Part shown: piece by piece, positions 9,685-18,953 of the stretch
Layout of the letters: the number at the start of each line of letters is the position of its first letter
Position numbering within the stretch: position 1 is the stretch's first letter
Origin: an uncultured bacterium
GTDB taxonomy: Bacteria; Actinomycetota; Acidimicrobiia; Spongiisociales; ZC4RG35
Assembly: GCA_963792365.1 (NCBI GenBank)
Contig: CAWBVW010000001.1
Span: 912,592-976,591 of the forward strand
DNA length: 64,000 bases
Direction of reading: 5' to 3'
Position numbers and translations under genes: made by a program
Notes under the pieces: model-generated
Told to the model about the DNA's origin: nothing
The model's input: the letters and a program-made list of their open reading frames with translations, nothing else
Database searches by the model: none

Positions 9685-10541
9685 GTCGGTCACCAACGCT
9701 CATCCGGTGCACATTCTGCAACACGAGAGGGCCGCGCTCTCGACAGGACGTCATTCCGAGGTGGGTCGGAAAACTCCTCGGTGGCGACGCTCCCTTCTAC
9801 GAAGACCGCTCAACGATTGCCGGCGGCGTGTTGCACCCGATCGTCCAATCCCGACCACACCACTCGAAAACGCTGTCAATCATGAAGCTGCGGAACGTGT
9901 GTGATGAGTGCAACACCGGGTGGATGCATGATCTCGAAGAGCGTGCTCGGCCCGTCTTGGCCCCGATTCTCACTAGGAGCGATGCGGTGCTGCACAGCAG
10001 TGAGGTCGGTGTCACCGTCCAATGGGCCTTGAAGACGGCACTCACTTTCGATGCCTGGTTCCGTGATCGAGCGGTCGATGCCCACGTTGGTACGTGCCGA
10101 TTCCATATCCTTCAGCGGCCCTGGCCGGGAGTCTTCGTGTGGCTCGCCCGGTATCGATACCCAAGTGAAGGCGTCGTGATGCGGCAAGCACGTTTTCGGC
10201 AAGTGAGTGGTCGATTTCCGACATCAGGTCGAGTCGCCGCCACCGATGTCGTTGTATCCATCCAGCTGGGGAACCTCGCCATCCGCGTCGCAATCCTCGG
10301 GGACGGTGGATACGGCCAACCCTCCATAGTGAAGCCAGCCGGACACTGGATCCTCGGCCACCCGATGGAGGTGCCCTACAAATGGCCAACGACGCCCGTG
10401 AGCAATCGCGAGCTCGCACAGGCCGCTGGAGCAACGCCGAGACTGCTGATCCCCACCGACGGACCAGTCGAGCGATTCACGATTCGGCTTCCCCGAGGTA
10501 CGAAGGCGGTGCGCGCCGGATCTGACGAACCCACGCCCTAG
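9681..10541 (+). CDS. hypothetical protein overlapping fic stop (Cys-cluster CTFCN...CDECN)
   Basis: Start overlaps the fic stop (ATGA coupling); two CxxC-like pairs; no assignable family. Confidence 0.6.
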   Translation: MSRSPTLIRCTFCNTRGPRSRQDVIPRWVGKLLGGDAPFYEDRSTIAGGVLHPIVQSRPHHSKTLSIMKLRNVCDECNTGWMHDLEERARPVLAPILTRSDAVLHSSEVGVTVQWALKTALTFDAWFRDRAVDAHVGTCRFHILQRPWPGVFVWLARYRYPSEGVVMRQARFRQVSGRFPTSGRVAATDVVVSIQLGNLAIRVAILGDGGYGQPSIVKPAGHWILGHPMEVPYKWPTTPVSNRELAQAAGATPRLLIPTDGPVERFTIRLPRGTKAVRAGSDEPTP

Positions 10542-10705
10542 GTCCTCGGCAAGCTCCGGGCGGTCGCAGGGTGCTTGAGCCTTGTCCGTATCTTGTCCGT
10601 GAGAGGACGAGAAACGCTGCAAGATGACACGAACGGACCACAACCGAAATCCTTGATTTCATTGGGTTTCCGGGGGTTTCTCCTGGTCAGCGACGTCGTC
10701 AGAAG

Positions 10706-10752
10706 GGGCTTTTAACCCGTTGGTTGTGGGTTCGAGTCCCACGGGGCCCACG
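10706..10752 (+). repeat. attR: 47-bp direct repeat of the tRNA-Lys 3' half (matches 1325..1371)
   Basis: Read directly: gggcttttaacccgttggttgtgggttcgagtcccacggggcccacg is identical at 1325-1371 and 10706-10752. Confidence 0.9.
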
Positions 10753-10914
10753 TCGCTGGCCTTTGGCCAGCTAACGGAGTTCCCTCCGGAAACTCCAGCC
10801 CTGCCAGGCGATTACGAGAGCCGGACTCGAGCGCCATTGGGTTGCCGGGTGTCTGCCCTTCGCTCCGGATCCTGGCTCGTGGGTTTGTCTGTCGGTGTCC
10901 ATCTGATTCTGGGG

Positions 10915-11000
10915 AACGGATCATCGATGGCTCGGGCGAGGGTCCCCGCTCCAGATGGGAACAGGCGTCCGTAGACGTCCATCGGTCGGCGAGCCTGCAA
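10915..11000 (-). pseudogene. remnant of a second integrase 3' end (degraded tandem island)
   Basis: 10752-10990 is about 75% identical to 1371-1600 (tRNA downstream flank plus int 3' end); encodes RPMDVYGRLFPSGAGTLARA versus int TMDVYGHLFPSEAESLAQAG*. Confidence 0.7.
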
Positions 11001-11130
11001 GCCCGAACGTCGAGACTCCTGACGGCTTCAGCGGCGCTTCGGACCGGAATCGCTCCTCCGGTCGCGGCACGGGTGGGTGCGGACTGCCTTCGTCGAATCA
11101 GCGCACGAAGACAGTCCGACCTACAACTTC

Positions 11131-12212
11131 CTATCCGCTGACGGCTGCTTGTAGGTAACCGATCAGGTCGGGCACCTTGTTCAGCGTGGTGTGTCCACCC
11201 GGATACGATGTGAACGAGACATCGAGACCGGCGCCGGCGAGGCGGCTCTCGAGCAGCAGTCCAGAGTCGACCGTGCCGACCGTGCCGTCGTCGAGTTGAC
11301 CGAGCCGCTCGAGATCGGCGCCGATCGATCCATCGGGATCACGGAGCGCGAACCAGTCGGCACCGGTGACGTCGACCTGTCTCGGGGGTATCCCATCCTC
11401 AGCCACCCACAGGAAGAACCTTGCGTCCAGATCCGATGGCCAGCGGCTGGGATCGATCATCGAGGCGAGCTCCTGCTGAGCCCCAGCTTGATCGGTCTGA
11501 AAGACGGCGTCGAAGTTCTCCGAGTAGAGGAGGTACTCGCCGTCGCCCAGCACGACGCCGGTGGCGGCGGTGAGCGGCTCGTCGACCATGCATCCATCGA
11601 TCGGTTCGAGGATTGGCTGGAGGGATGCGAAGAGCGTCGGCCCCACACCTGCCGAGAACCCGTACAGGACCGTTCGTGATGGGTCGCCACCGACCTGGCG
11701 GGCGTGCTGCTGGGCGAATGCCACCGCGCAACTCGCCTCCCTTCTCCAGAGGGTGAACGAATCGAGGGTCACCGGGAAGGAGTGCTCGTCGACCCAAGTT
11801 GGTGCGAACACGATCATCCCCTCGGTGGCAGCCGCCGCGGCGATGGCGGCGTTGGTGTCGTCGTCCTTCGTACCGAGCCCGTGAAACGCCATGACCACGG
11901 GCCAGGGCCCTTCGCCCACCGGGGTGTAGATGTCCATGGATATGTCGCGGCCGTCGACCGTCATGTAGACGACATCGGACGTCTCGATGAATCGTTCGGT
12001 TGGCGGTGCGACCGTGGACGACGACGTACTTGGCACCGTTTCAGTCGTCGACGACACGGGAGCGGCCGCTGTCGTCGGTGTGACCGGGGGCGGGGGCGAC
12101 GCTTCGGTCACCGGTGAAGTGTCGGAAATGGCCGCCGACCCACAGGCAGCGACGGTCAAGGCGACAGCCGCGGCGATCGCCGTCGTCCGTTGCCCTTTTC
12201 CTGCATGCTTCA
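11131..12212 (-). CDS. alpha/beta-hydrolase fold lipoprotein (esterase/lipase-like)
   Basis: Lipobox LTVAACGS, Pro/Thr-rich linker, HGLG oxyanion motif and GFSAG nucleophile elbow (GxSxG); ORF 11131..12327, likely start about 12212. Confidence 0.75.
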
Positions 12213-12329
12213 TGAGGTGATCCCTTTCTGTTCTCGCCGCGTCCTGGCTGGACCGGCTGACCTCGGAGCAGCATGAGGGACTGGGCTTAAGGGATCGTGA
12301 CCTCCACGTAGAGTCGTGCATTAACAACT

Positions 12330-15300
12330 TTGCAACCCGTGGTGAGTGATATGCCCAGGATGGAGTTCCAAGCGCTTGGCCCGCTGGCGGTGTATCGCGA
12401 CGGCGACGCAGTGGACCTCGGATCGCCGAAACAGAAAGCGGTGTTGGCGCTGCTACTCATGCACGCCAACCAGCCAGTGGCGACTGATCGGATCATCGAG
12501 GAGATCTGGGGCGACGACAGTGATGGGAAGATCAACGCCCTGCGCGTCTACGTGTCGCGGTTGCGGTCGGCCCTGGAGCCCGACCGGGGGCGAGGCGGGA
12601 GCTCCGTCCTCGAGACCAGCGGGAACGGATACCGGTTGGCGGTCGAGCCCGATCACTTCGACGTGGCCCGCTTCGAGCGGGAGCTCGCCAGGGCACGGCC
12701 GCTTCGAGGAGAGGACCCGGCCGGAACTGCGGAGGTCCTGGCGTCGGCGCTGAGCCTCTGGCGAGGTCCGGCGTACGCCGACTTCGCCTACGACAACTTC
12801 GCTCAGGTGGAGCGGGCCCGCCTACACGAGGCGCGCGTCGTGGCCTACGAGGACCGTATCGAGTCCGACTTGGCGCGGGGTCTGTCAGGCGAGCTGGTCA
12901 GCGAGCTCGAAGTGCTGCGTGACGAGCATCCGCTACGGGAACGCCTCGTGAGCCATCAGGCGCTGGCGCTCTACCGATCGGGCCGCCCCGCCGACGCCCT
13001 CCGGGCCATCGAACGATTCCGTCGCAACCTCGGTGGCGAGCTTGGCCTCGACCCTTCGCCTGGCCTGCTTCGTCTCGAAGAGCAGATTCTGCTCCACGAT
13101 CCCGCGATCCAACCCCGACATGGTGCGGCTGGTCGGGACAGGCCGAGAACAGAGGTTGCCAACCCCTTCAAGGGTCTCAGAGCCTTCACCAGCGACGACG
13201 CTCCGAACTTCTTCGGGCGGAATGCCCTGGTCGCAGAATTGCTGCGCGTCATCGGCCAGGGTCAGCGGCTGGTCGCAGTCATGGGCGCCAGTGGTTCCGG
13301 GAAGTCGAGCGTCGTCAACGCCGGGCTGCTTCCGGCATTGGCCAAGGGTGCCCTCACGGGTTCCGATCTCTGGCTGGTGGCGAACATGATGCCCGGCGCC
13401 CACCCTTTCGCAGAGCTCGAGGTAGCGCTCCTCCGCACGATCATCGACCCCCCTGACAGCCTGGACGAACAACTCCGGGACGGCGACGCCGGATTCATCC
13501 GAGCGGCCTTGCGGATACTCCCTGACAACGACAGCCATCTGCTGCTGGTGATCGACCAGTTCGAAGAGCTGTTCACGCTGGTCGATGACGCCGTCCGTCG
13601 TCGGTTCCTGTCGAACCTGGTCGCCGCGGTCGACGATCCCCACGAGCGCGTCACTGTTGTGATCACCCTGCGGGCCGACTTCTACGATCGGCCGCTCCAG
13701 CACCCCGAGTTCGGGGCCAGGCTCGGGGCAGGGGTCGTCAACGTCACGCCCATGACGGCCGAGGAGTTGGAGGAGGCCGCCCTCGAGCCTGCCCGGCAGG
13801 TGGGTGTCGGCTTCGAGCCGGCGCTACTGGGACAACTCATCTCAGACGTCGGGAGCCAGCCGAGCGCGCTGCCTCTCTTCCAGTACACGATGACGGAGCT
13901 ATTCGACCGTCGCGGTGGAGACACGCTTCTGGCCTCGTCCTACAGAGCGATGGGGGGCGTCGAAGGAGCGCTCCAACGACGCGCCACCGACTTGTACGAG
14001 CAGCTCGATCCGGCCGAGCAGGAGGCAGCACGCCAGCTGTTCTTACGGCTCGTGACGGTGTCGGAGCACGACAAGAGGACCCGGCGCCGCGTGGCGGCGA
14101 GGGAGATCGTGTCGCTGGTCGACGACACGGTGACGATGTACGCCGTGTTGAAGAAGTTCGGCGACCACCGGCTGCTTTCCTTCGACGCCGATCCCCTGAC
14201 CGGGGCGCCCACCGTCGAGGTTGCGCATGAATCACTGCTCACGGCATGGCCAACCCTGGCCGGATGGATCGACGACAGCCGGGATGATCTTCGTCGGCAT
14301 GTCAGCCTCACCGTGGCACTACGGGAGTGGCAGCTCGCCGACCACGACCCGAACTACCTGATGACGGGCGCCCGTCTCTCCGAATACGAGGCATGGAGTC
14401 GGACCTCCCAAGTGTCGCTCAACTGCGCCGAACGTGCCTACCTCGACGCCGGTGCCGCCAAACGAGCCGAGGAACGCCACATCGAGGAGAAGCAGCGTCG
14501 GCGAGAGACCAGATCCCGTCGGCGGATGTGGGCATTGATCGCCGTGATGGCGAGCGCCCTCGGCGTCGCTGCGCTCGTGCTCACTGGTGTCTTCGCCAGC
14601 GAAACGCCGGAAGTGATGTTCTTCGCCAACCGGCTGGATGACCAGTGGTTTGCCAATGTCGGGTCGGGTCTCGACCGGGCCGAGCGCGAGCTCGACATGG
14701 AACTGGTTGACGTGACATGGGCGGTCGATCCCGTGGCGGAGTTTCGGCAGCTCGCGGCGTCGGGTGCCCAGTTCATCGTCGTCAGCGATGACGTGTTCAT
14801 AGAGGTGGACCCGTCGGTGCTGGCTGACCATCCCGACGTCCAATTCGGCATCATCGAAGGGACGGCGAGCGCAGACAACGTGACCTCGGTCGAGTTCGCC
14901 AACGAGGAGGGGGCGTTCCTCGCCGGGGTGGCCGCCGCCTCCAAGAGCGAGACGGGCATCGTCGGATTCATCGGGGGAAGGAAGGAGCCGGAAGTCGAGG
15001 CGTTCCGTGCCGGATTCGAGGCGGGCGTGCAATCGGTTGATCCGCGGACCGAGGTGCTCGCCGTGTATGTCGATCAGTTCAACGAGATCAACGGTTTCGG
15101 CCGGCCCGACCTTGGAGAGGCCAGAGCGCGTGCTCTCTACCAAAGAGGGGCCGACGTGCTGTTCGCGGCGGCCGGGACCTCGGGGCACGGCATGTTCTCC
15201 GCGGCCGTAGCCGAGTCCGAGGCGCTGGGACGGGACCTGTGGGCGATCGGCGTCGACAACGACCAATGGTTCGAAGTGGAGCCCGAACAACAACAGCACG

Positions 15301-16199
15301 TGCTCACGTCCATAGTGAAACGGGGCGACCTCGCCGCGTACCGCCTGGTCGAGCACATGCTGAACGGCGGGCCGACCGGCGTCGCTTTCCGGATGGGACT
15401 CGCCGAGGGTGGCATGGCCTATTCAACCCAGAGCGACGCCCTGACCTCTGACATCGTCGCCAGGCTGGACGACGCGATCGTCGACATCTCCGAGAGCCGG
15501 ATCACGGCGCCGCCGGCCCCGACCGGTCCGACGCTGACCGTCGACTACCAGGGGAACGAAATTGTGGCGCCGCGAGGCATAGACGGTCTGGACCTGCGAG
15601 TTGCGATCGAACCGGGTACCTACCAAGTCGATGCACTCGGTGTGCCAATCGCCATCAATCTCGGTCCGGAGTGGTGGGTCCTCGACAACATCGAGGGCGC
15701 CACCGGGTTCGGGCACCCGGAGTCCAGCGGCCACGGGGATCGTGAGGTGTGGTTCTTCCGCCCGACCCTTCTTGCGGACCCGACCCAGCCCGGGGCCGAC
15801 GTCCAAGACCAGGTGTGGTGGCCCTTGGAGGACATCGACGGCTGGCTCGAGGCACTGGTCGACGGCATCGTGACCGGAGACCCGCAGGAGGTGGAGGTCG
15901 GTGGTCGGCCCGCCACCTACTTCGAGGCCGAGGTGACCGACCCCGACGTCTGCGGCCCGTTCCAACATTGCGCGGGCTTCGTCATCAACACGTTCCTCGG
16001 CCCCAGCCAGGTCAGCGCCTGGTCATTCGAGCCGGGCGTACATCACAGAGTGTGGTGGATCGACGCCGGGGACCAACCGCCGCTCGTCATCATCGCCGCA
16101 GACTTCACCGGCGACCATGATTTCGGGAAGGCGGTCGACGAACTGCTCGATGGACTCGTCATCGGCGAGTTCGGCCCACACCCGGTCGACGCTGGGTAG
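12330..16199 (+). CDS. multidomain regulator: SARP-type winged-helix + BTAD, STAND P-loop NTPase, TM helix, BMP-family (PnrA/Med-like) binding domain, C-terminal extension
   Basis: N-term OmpR/PhoB-type DNA-binding + BTAD (AfsR/DnrI-like); FKGLRAFTSDDAPNFFGR...VMGASGSGKSSV Walker A of a STAND/nSTAND-like NTPase; hydrophobic helix MWALIAVMASALGVAALVLTGVF; BMP-family signature EGAFLAGVAAASKSETGIVGFIGG. Confidence 0.8.
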   Translation: MQPVVSDMPRMEFQALGPLAVYRDGDAVDLGSPKQKAVLALLLMHANQPVATDRIIEEIWGDDSDGKINALRVYVSRLRSALEPDRGRGGSSVLETSGNGYRLAVEPDHFDVARFERELARARPLRGEDPAGTAEVLASALSLWRGPAYADFAYDNFAQVERARLHEARVVAYEDRIESDLARGLSGELVSELEVLRDEHPLRERLVSHQALALYRSGRPADALRAIERFRRNLGGELGLDPSPGLLRLEEQILLHDPAIQPRHGAAGRDRPRTEVANPFKGLRAFTSDDAPNFFGRNALVAELLRVIGQGQRLVAVMGASGSGKSSVVNAGLLPALAKGALTGSDLWLVANMMPGAHPFAELEVALLRTIIDPPDSLDEQLRDGDAGFIRAALRILPDNDSHLLLVIDQFEELFTLVDDAVRRRFLSNLVAAVDDPHERVTVVITLRADFYDRPLQHPEFGARLGAGVVNVTPMTAEELEEAALEPARQVGVGFEPALLGQLISDVGSQPSALPLFQYTMTELFDRRGGDTLLASSYRAMGGVEGALQRRATDLYEQLDPAEQEAARQLFLRLVTVSEHDKRTRRRVAAREIVSLVDDTVTMYAVLKKFGDHRLLSFDADPLTGAPTVEVAHESLLTAWPTLAGWIDDSRDDLRRHVSLTVALREWQLADHDPNYLMTGARLSEYEAWSRTSQVSLNCAERAYLDAGAAKRAEERHIEEKQRRRETRSRRRMWALIAVMASALGVAALVLTGVFASETPEVMFFANRLDDQWFANVGSGLDRAERELDMELVDVTWAVDPVAEFRQLAASGAQFIVVSDDVFIEVDPSVLADHPDVQFGIIEGTASADNVTSVEFANEEGAFLAGVAAASKSETGIVGFIGGRKEPEVEAFRAGFEAGVQSVDPRTEVLAVYVDQFNEINGFGRPDLGEARARALYQRGADVLFAAAGTSGHGMFSAAVAESEALGRDLWAIGVDNDQWFEVEPEQQQHVLTSIVKRGDLAAYRLVEHMLNGGPTGVAFRMGLAEGGMAYSTQSDALTSDIVARLDDAIVDISESRITAPPAPTGPTLTVDYQGNEIVAPRGIDGLDLRVAIEPGTYQVDALGVPIAINLGPEWWVLDNIEGATGFGHPESSGHGDREVWFFRPTLLADPTQPGADVQDQVWWPLEDIDGWLEALVDGIVTGDPQEVEVGGRPATYFEAEVTDPDVCGPFQHCAGFVINTFLGPSQVSAWSFEPGVHHRVWWIDAGDQPPLVIIAADFTGDHDFGKAVDELLDGLVIGEFGPHPVDAG

Positions 16200-16550
16200 T
16201 CCCGGCGGATGCGGCGCTGGTGTCGCGCACCCTCGCAAGACCCTGGCTCCCCCGGTCTTGTCCGCCGGTCGTCCTCTGACGCTGCGCATGGAGCGGCGTC
16301 GACGAGGAGTCGGTGCCCGTACCAGAGCAGCAGGAGTCTGCACCGGGTGCGACTCCTCACCCGCTTGCTGTGAATGTGTTCGCTTCGGACCGAACAGGTG
16401 GCCGAAGTCATCCATCGTCACCGGATGATGCCTCCGGACGTTCGTCACTTGTGTGGTTGCCACGAGGGTTGTGCTGGCCCTGCAGATTCAGCGGAACCAG
16501 GCTGAGACCGGTGGGGTACTCTCGAATCTCAGTCGACGAAGGGCAATGCC

Positions 16551-17105
16551 GTGCTTCGGGGCAACGGAATCGAATTGCGGCTCGTCCGGGAGGGCGACCT
16601 GGGGACCCTGTACAACCTTCTGACAGATCTCGGCACGAGGGGCAGCTACTTCCCGCTCGGGGTGATGAGCGAAACCCGCCTGCGCGCCGAGTTCAACGAG
16701 AACGGCTTCTGGGATCAAGAAGAGGGCATGCTGCTGATCGTCGACCATGAGGATCAGATCGTTGGAGAAATCGAATACTTCCCGATCATCCACTATCTGC
16801 AGGGCTACGAGATCTCCTACCAGCTGTTCGGAACACAGCACTCAGGAAAAGGACACGCCACCGAAGCGGTCGATCTGTTGGTCCGCTACCTCTTCGGACG
16901 CAAACGGGTCAATCGTATGCAACTGAACATCCACCCTGACAACGCTGCCTCGAAGAGAGTGGCGGAGAAATGCGGCTTCACCTTCGAGGGGTTGATGCGG
17001 GGTTGTTGGTTCCACCAAGGTGAATACCACGACTTGGAAGTCTGGTCGCTGCTCAGGGCCGAATCCCAAGCCCGAGTGACGGCCGACAGATCAACCGCTG
17101 GTTGA
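16551..17105 (+). CDS. GNAT family N-acetyltransferase (RimJ/RimL-like)
   Basis: 184 aa; acetyl-CoA binding region QLFGTQHSGKGHATEAV...RVAEKCGF typical of the GNAT fold. Confidence 0.8.
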   Translation: MLRGNGIELRLVREGDLGTLYNLLTDLGTRGSYFPLGVMSETRLRAEFNENGFWDQEEGMLLIVDHEDQIVGEIEYFPIIHYLQGYEISYQLFGTQHSGKGHATEAVDLLVRYLFGRKRVNRMQLNIHPDNAASKRVAEKCGFTFEGLMRGCWFHQGEYHDLEVWSLLRAESQARVTADRSTAG

Positions 17106-17519
17106 GTGGCTGACCGCTCTGCAACATGACGAGCCCCCCGTGCGTCGGCGAGTTCACGGCCCGAGCGGATCCCGCCCAGGGCGGGGCGGAGGGGCTGGCG
17201 TCCATCAGGGTCAAACGAGCGGAGTGGAGACGTAACGCTTCGTCGACATCGAGCATCAGATCCGAAGGACAGTCCCGATCCCGTGCAACACACGTTCTGC
17301 GGATACGGACCGAACCTGCCCTGCCTGAGCTTTCGGGCCACGCTCTAGGTCGGACTCTCTAGCGCGGATGAGCACCTGGAACGGATAGACGCGATCGATA
17401 CTGGTGGTAATCGGGACGACGTCACTGCGCCACGTTCTGCTTGGCAGTTGTCGTGTTGGCCGGGCCGGCTCGTGCCGGATCGACAGCCACGCCCGAATCT
17501 CGCCACGCAGAACCAGCGG

Positions 17520-18010
17520 CGCGTCAGCCTGGCGCCGCAGTACATCGACGTCCCCACCCGAGCCGAACTCCTGGCAGAGATCACCGGCCAACAACGAAAT
17601 CGCATCTGTCTCGCACGAGGAGTCCAGGACGCGGTCTACGGGGCACCAACCGACCGTCATCCCGGACAGGAATCGGCTTCCCAACACGGATGAGTCGGTC
17701 GCCAACGCTCATCCAGTGCACATTCTGCAACACGAGAGAACCGCGCTCTCGCGAGGACGTCATTCCGAGGTGGGTCGGAAGACTCCTCGGTGGCGACGCG
17801 CCCTTCTACGAAGACCGCTCAACGACTGCCGGCGGCGTGTTGCACCCGATCGTCCAGTACCGACCACACCACTCGAAAACGCTGTCAGTCATGAAGCTGC
17901 GGAACGTGTGTGATGAGTGCAATACCGGGTGGATGCACGATCTCGAAGAGCGTGCTCGGCCCGTCCTGGCCCCGATTCTCACTAGGAGCGATGCGGTGCT
18001 GCACAGCGGT
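17520..18010 (+). pseudogene. truncated duplicate of the fic 3' end plus the 5' half of its downstream partner gene
   Basis: About 490 bp, roughly 90% identical to 9555-10010; encodes LAEITGQQRNRICLARGVQDAVYGAP... and MSRSPTLIQCTFCNTREPRSREDVIPRWVGRLLGG... (ORF 17441..18265), then diverges. Confidence 0.8.
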
Positions 18011-18287
18011 GGCGTCGGTCGGCGTCAAGCTTCACTTGCGCCTCGATCATGTCCGCTGTCGGGGATGATCGGTGCCAGACGCATCCTGGCACCGATCGCC
18101 TTCACCGCCCGGGACAAACGGCCCCACAGTGGCGGTCGAAGTCGTTGTGGTCGAGTGGGCGCGACTGGCGACGACCGCCATCGAGATCCTCTCTCGATGA
18201 GACGTCCACCGTCCGCATCGCAGCGACACGCGTCTTCGATCGAACCGATCGCCTCCGCATCTTGACGCTCCCGCCAACGTGCAAAGA

Positions 18288-18325
18288 AGCGGCTCCGGAG
18301 GAGGCATTTACCTCCGGAGCCGCCT
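18288..18325 (-). terminator. perfect 13-bp-stem hairpin followed by a T-rich run on the minus strand (intrinsic terminator candidate)
   Basis: gcggctccggagg-aggcattta-cctccggagccgc directly 3' of the minus-strand gene ending at 18337; minus-strand reading gives ...GCCGCTTCTTTG. Confidence 0.6.
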
Positions 18326-18336
18326 TCGAAGGTGGA

Positions 18337-18834
18337 TCAGCGGTTGATGGTTCCGTTGAACACCTTGGTGAAGGTGCCTGCGTTCAAATCGACGTGGGTG
18401 GTGCCGGTTCCTGATCCGGTTGCATTCGCATACCGGCCCGATCCGCCGATCACAGTCCACGAGTCCGACCCGACGAACACGCCCGGCCCGACCTCGACCG
18501 CTTCCTGCAGGCACAAGATCGTGACCGAGTCCCCATTCCCGAAGGTGAGGGTTTCGGTAAGCGTGTCGGTGAGCCCTCCGTCGGTCACACCGGTGATCAC
18601 CACATCCCCGTGGTACGTGAACGCGCCGATCCGGGTGCCCACTCCCACGCCTTCGAGTTCGAAGGTGGCTTCGCCCGTCGGCGCCACCTTCCCACCGACG
18701 GCCACCGTGACCGACGACGGGGCAGCGGCAAACGCCGGCAGGGCCGACATGAGGGTGACCATCGCGACGACTGCTGCGACTGCAGCAAGCCGACCGCGGG
18801 CGGCGTTCCTAGAACGAATCATCGTGTATGACAT
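18337..18834 (-). CDS. small secreted protein of unknown function
   Basis: Signal peptide RGRLAAVAAVVAMVTLMSALPAFAA; Gly/Thr-rich beta-type composition; ORF 18337..18918 with probable internal start. Confidence 0.6.
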   Translation of the reverse strand: MSYTMIRSRNAARGRLAAVAAVVAMVTLMSALPAFAAAPSSVTVAVGGKVAPTGEATFELEGVGVGTRIGAFTYHGDVVITGVTDGGLTDTLTETLTFGNGDSVTILCLQEAVEVGPGVFVGSDSWTVIGGSGRYANATGSGTGTTHVDLNAGTFTKVFNGTINR

Positions 18835-18953
18835 GGGGTTTGCCCTCCCGTGATTGGAGCCCTGACCTCGTGTCGGGCCGGTAGGGTGAAACGTACGAAA
18901 AGGGTTGGTTGGGCACATCGGGAGGTCTCCCTATTTCGACCGGTTTTCTGCGG

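Larger units (their letters stand above)
1297..10752 (+). mobile_element. tRNA-Lys-integrated genomic island (about 9.4 kb) bounded by attL/attR direct repeats
   Basis: tRNA gene, then integrase and Xis, then cargo, then a duplicated tRNA 3' half; locally AT-richer segment 2880-3400. Confidence 0.85.

Noticed and set aside
8476-9696. 406-aa minus-strand ORF covering the fic gene
   Set aside because: Antisense to a gene with a canonical Fic motif; composition-driven open frame with no domain signal
14319-15356. 345-aa minus-strand ORF inside the SARP-STAND gene
   Set aside because: Antisense shadow ORF; the plus-strand gene has clear domains
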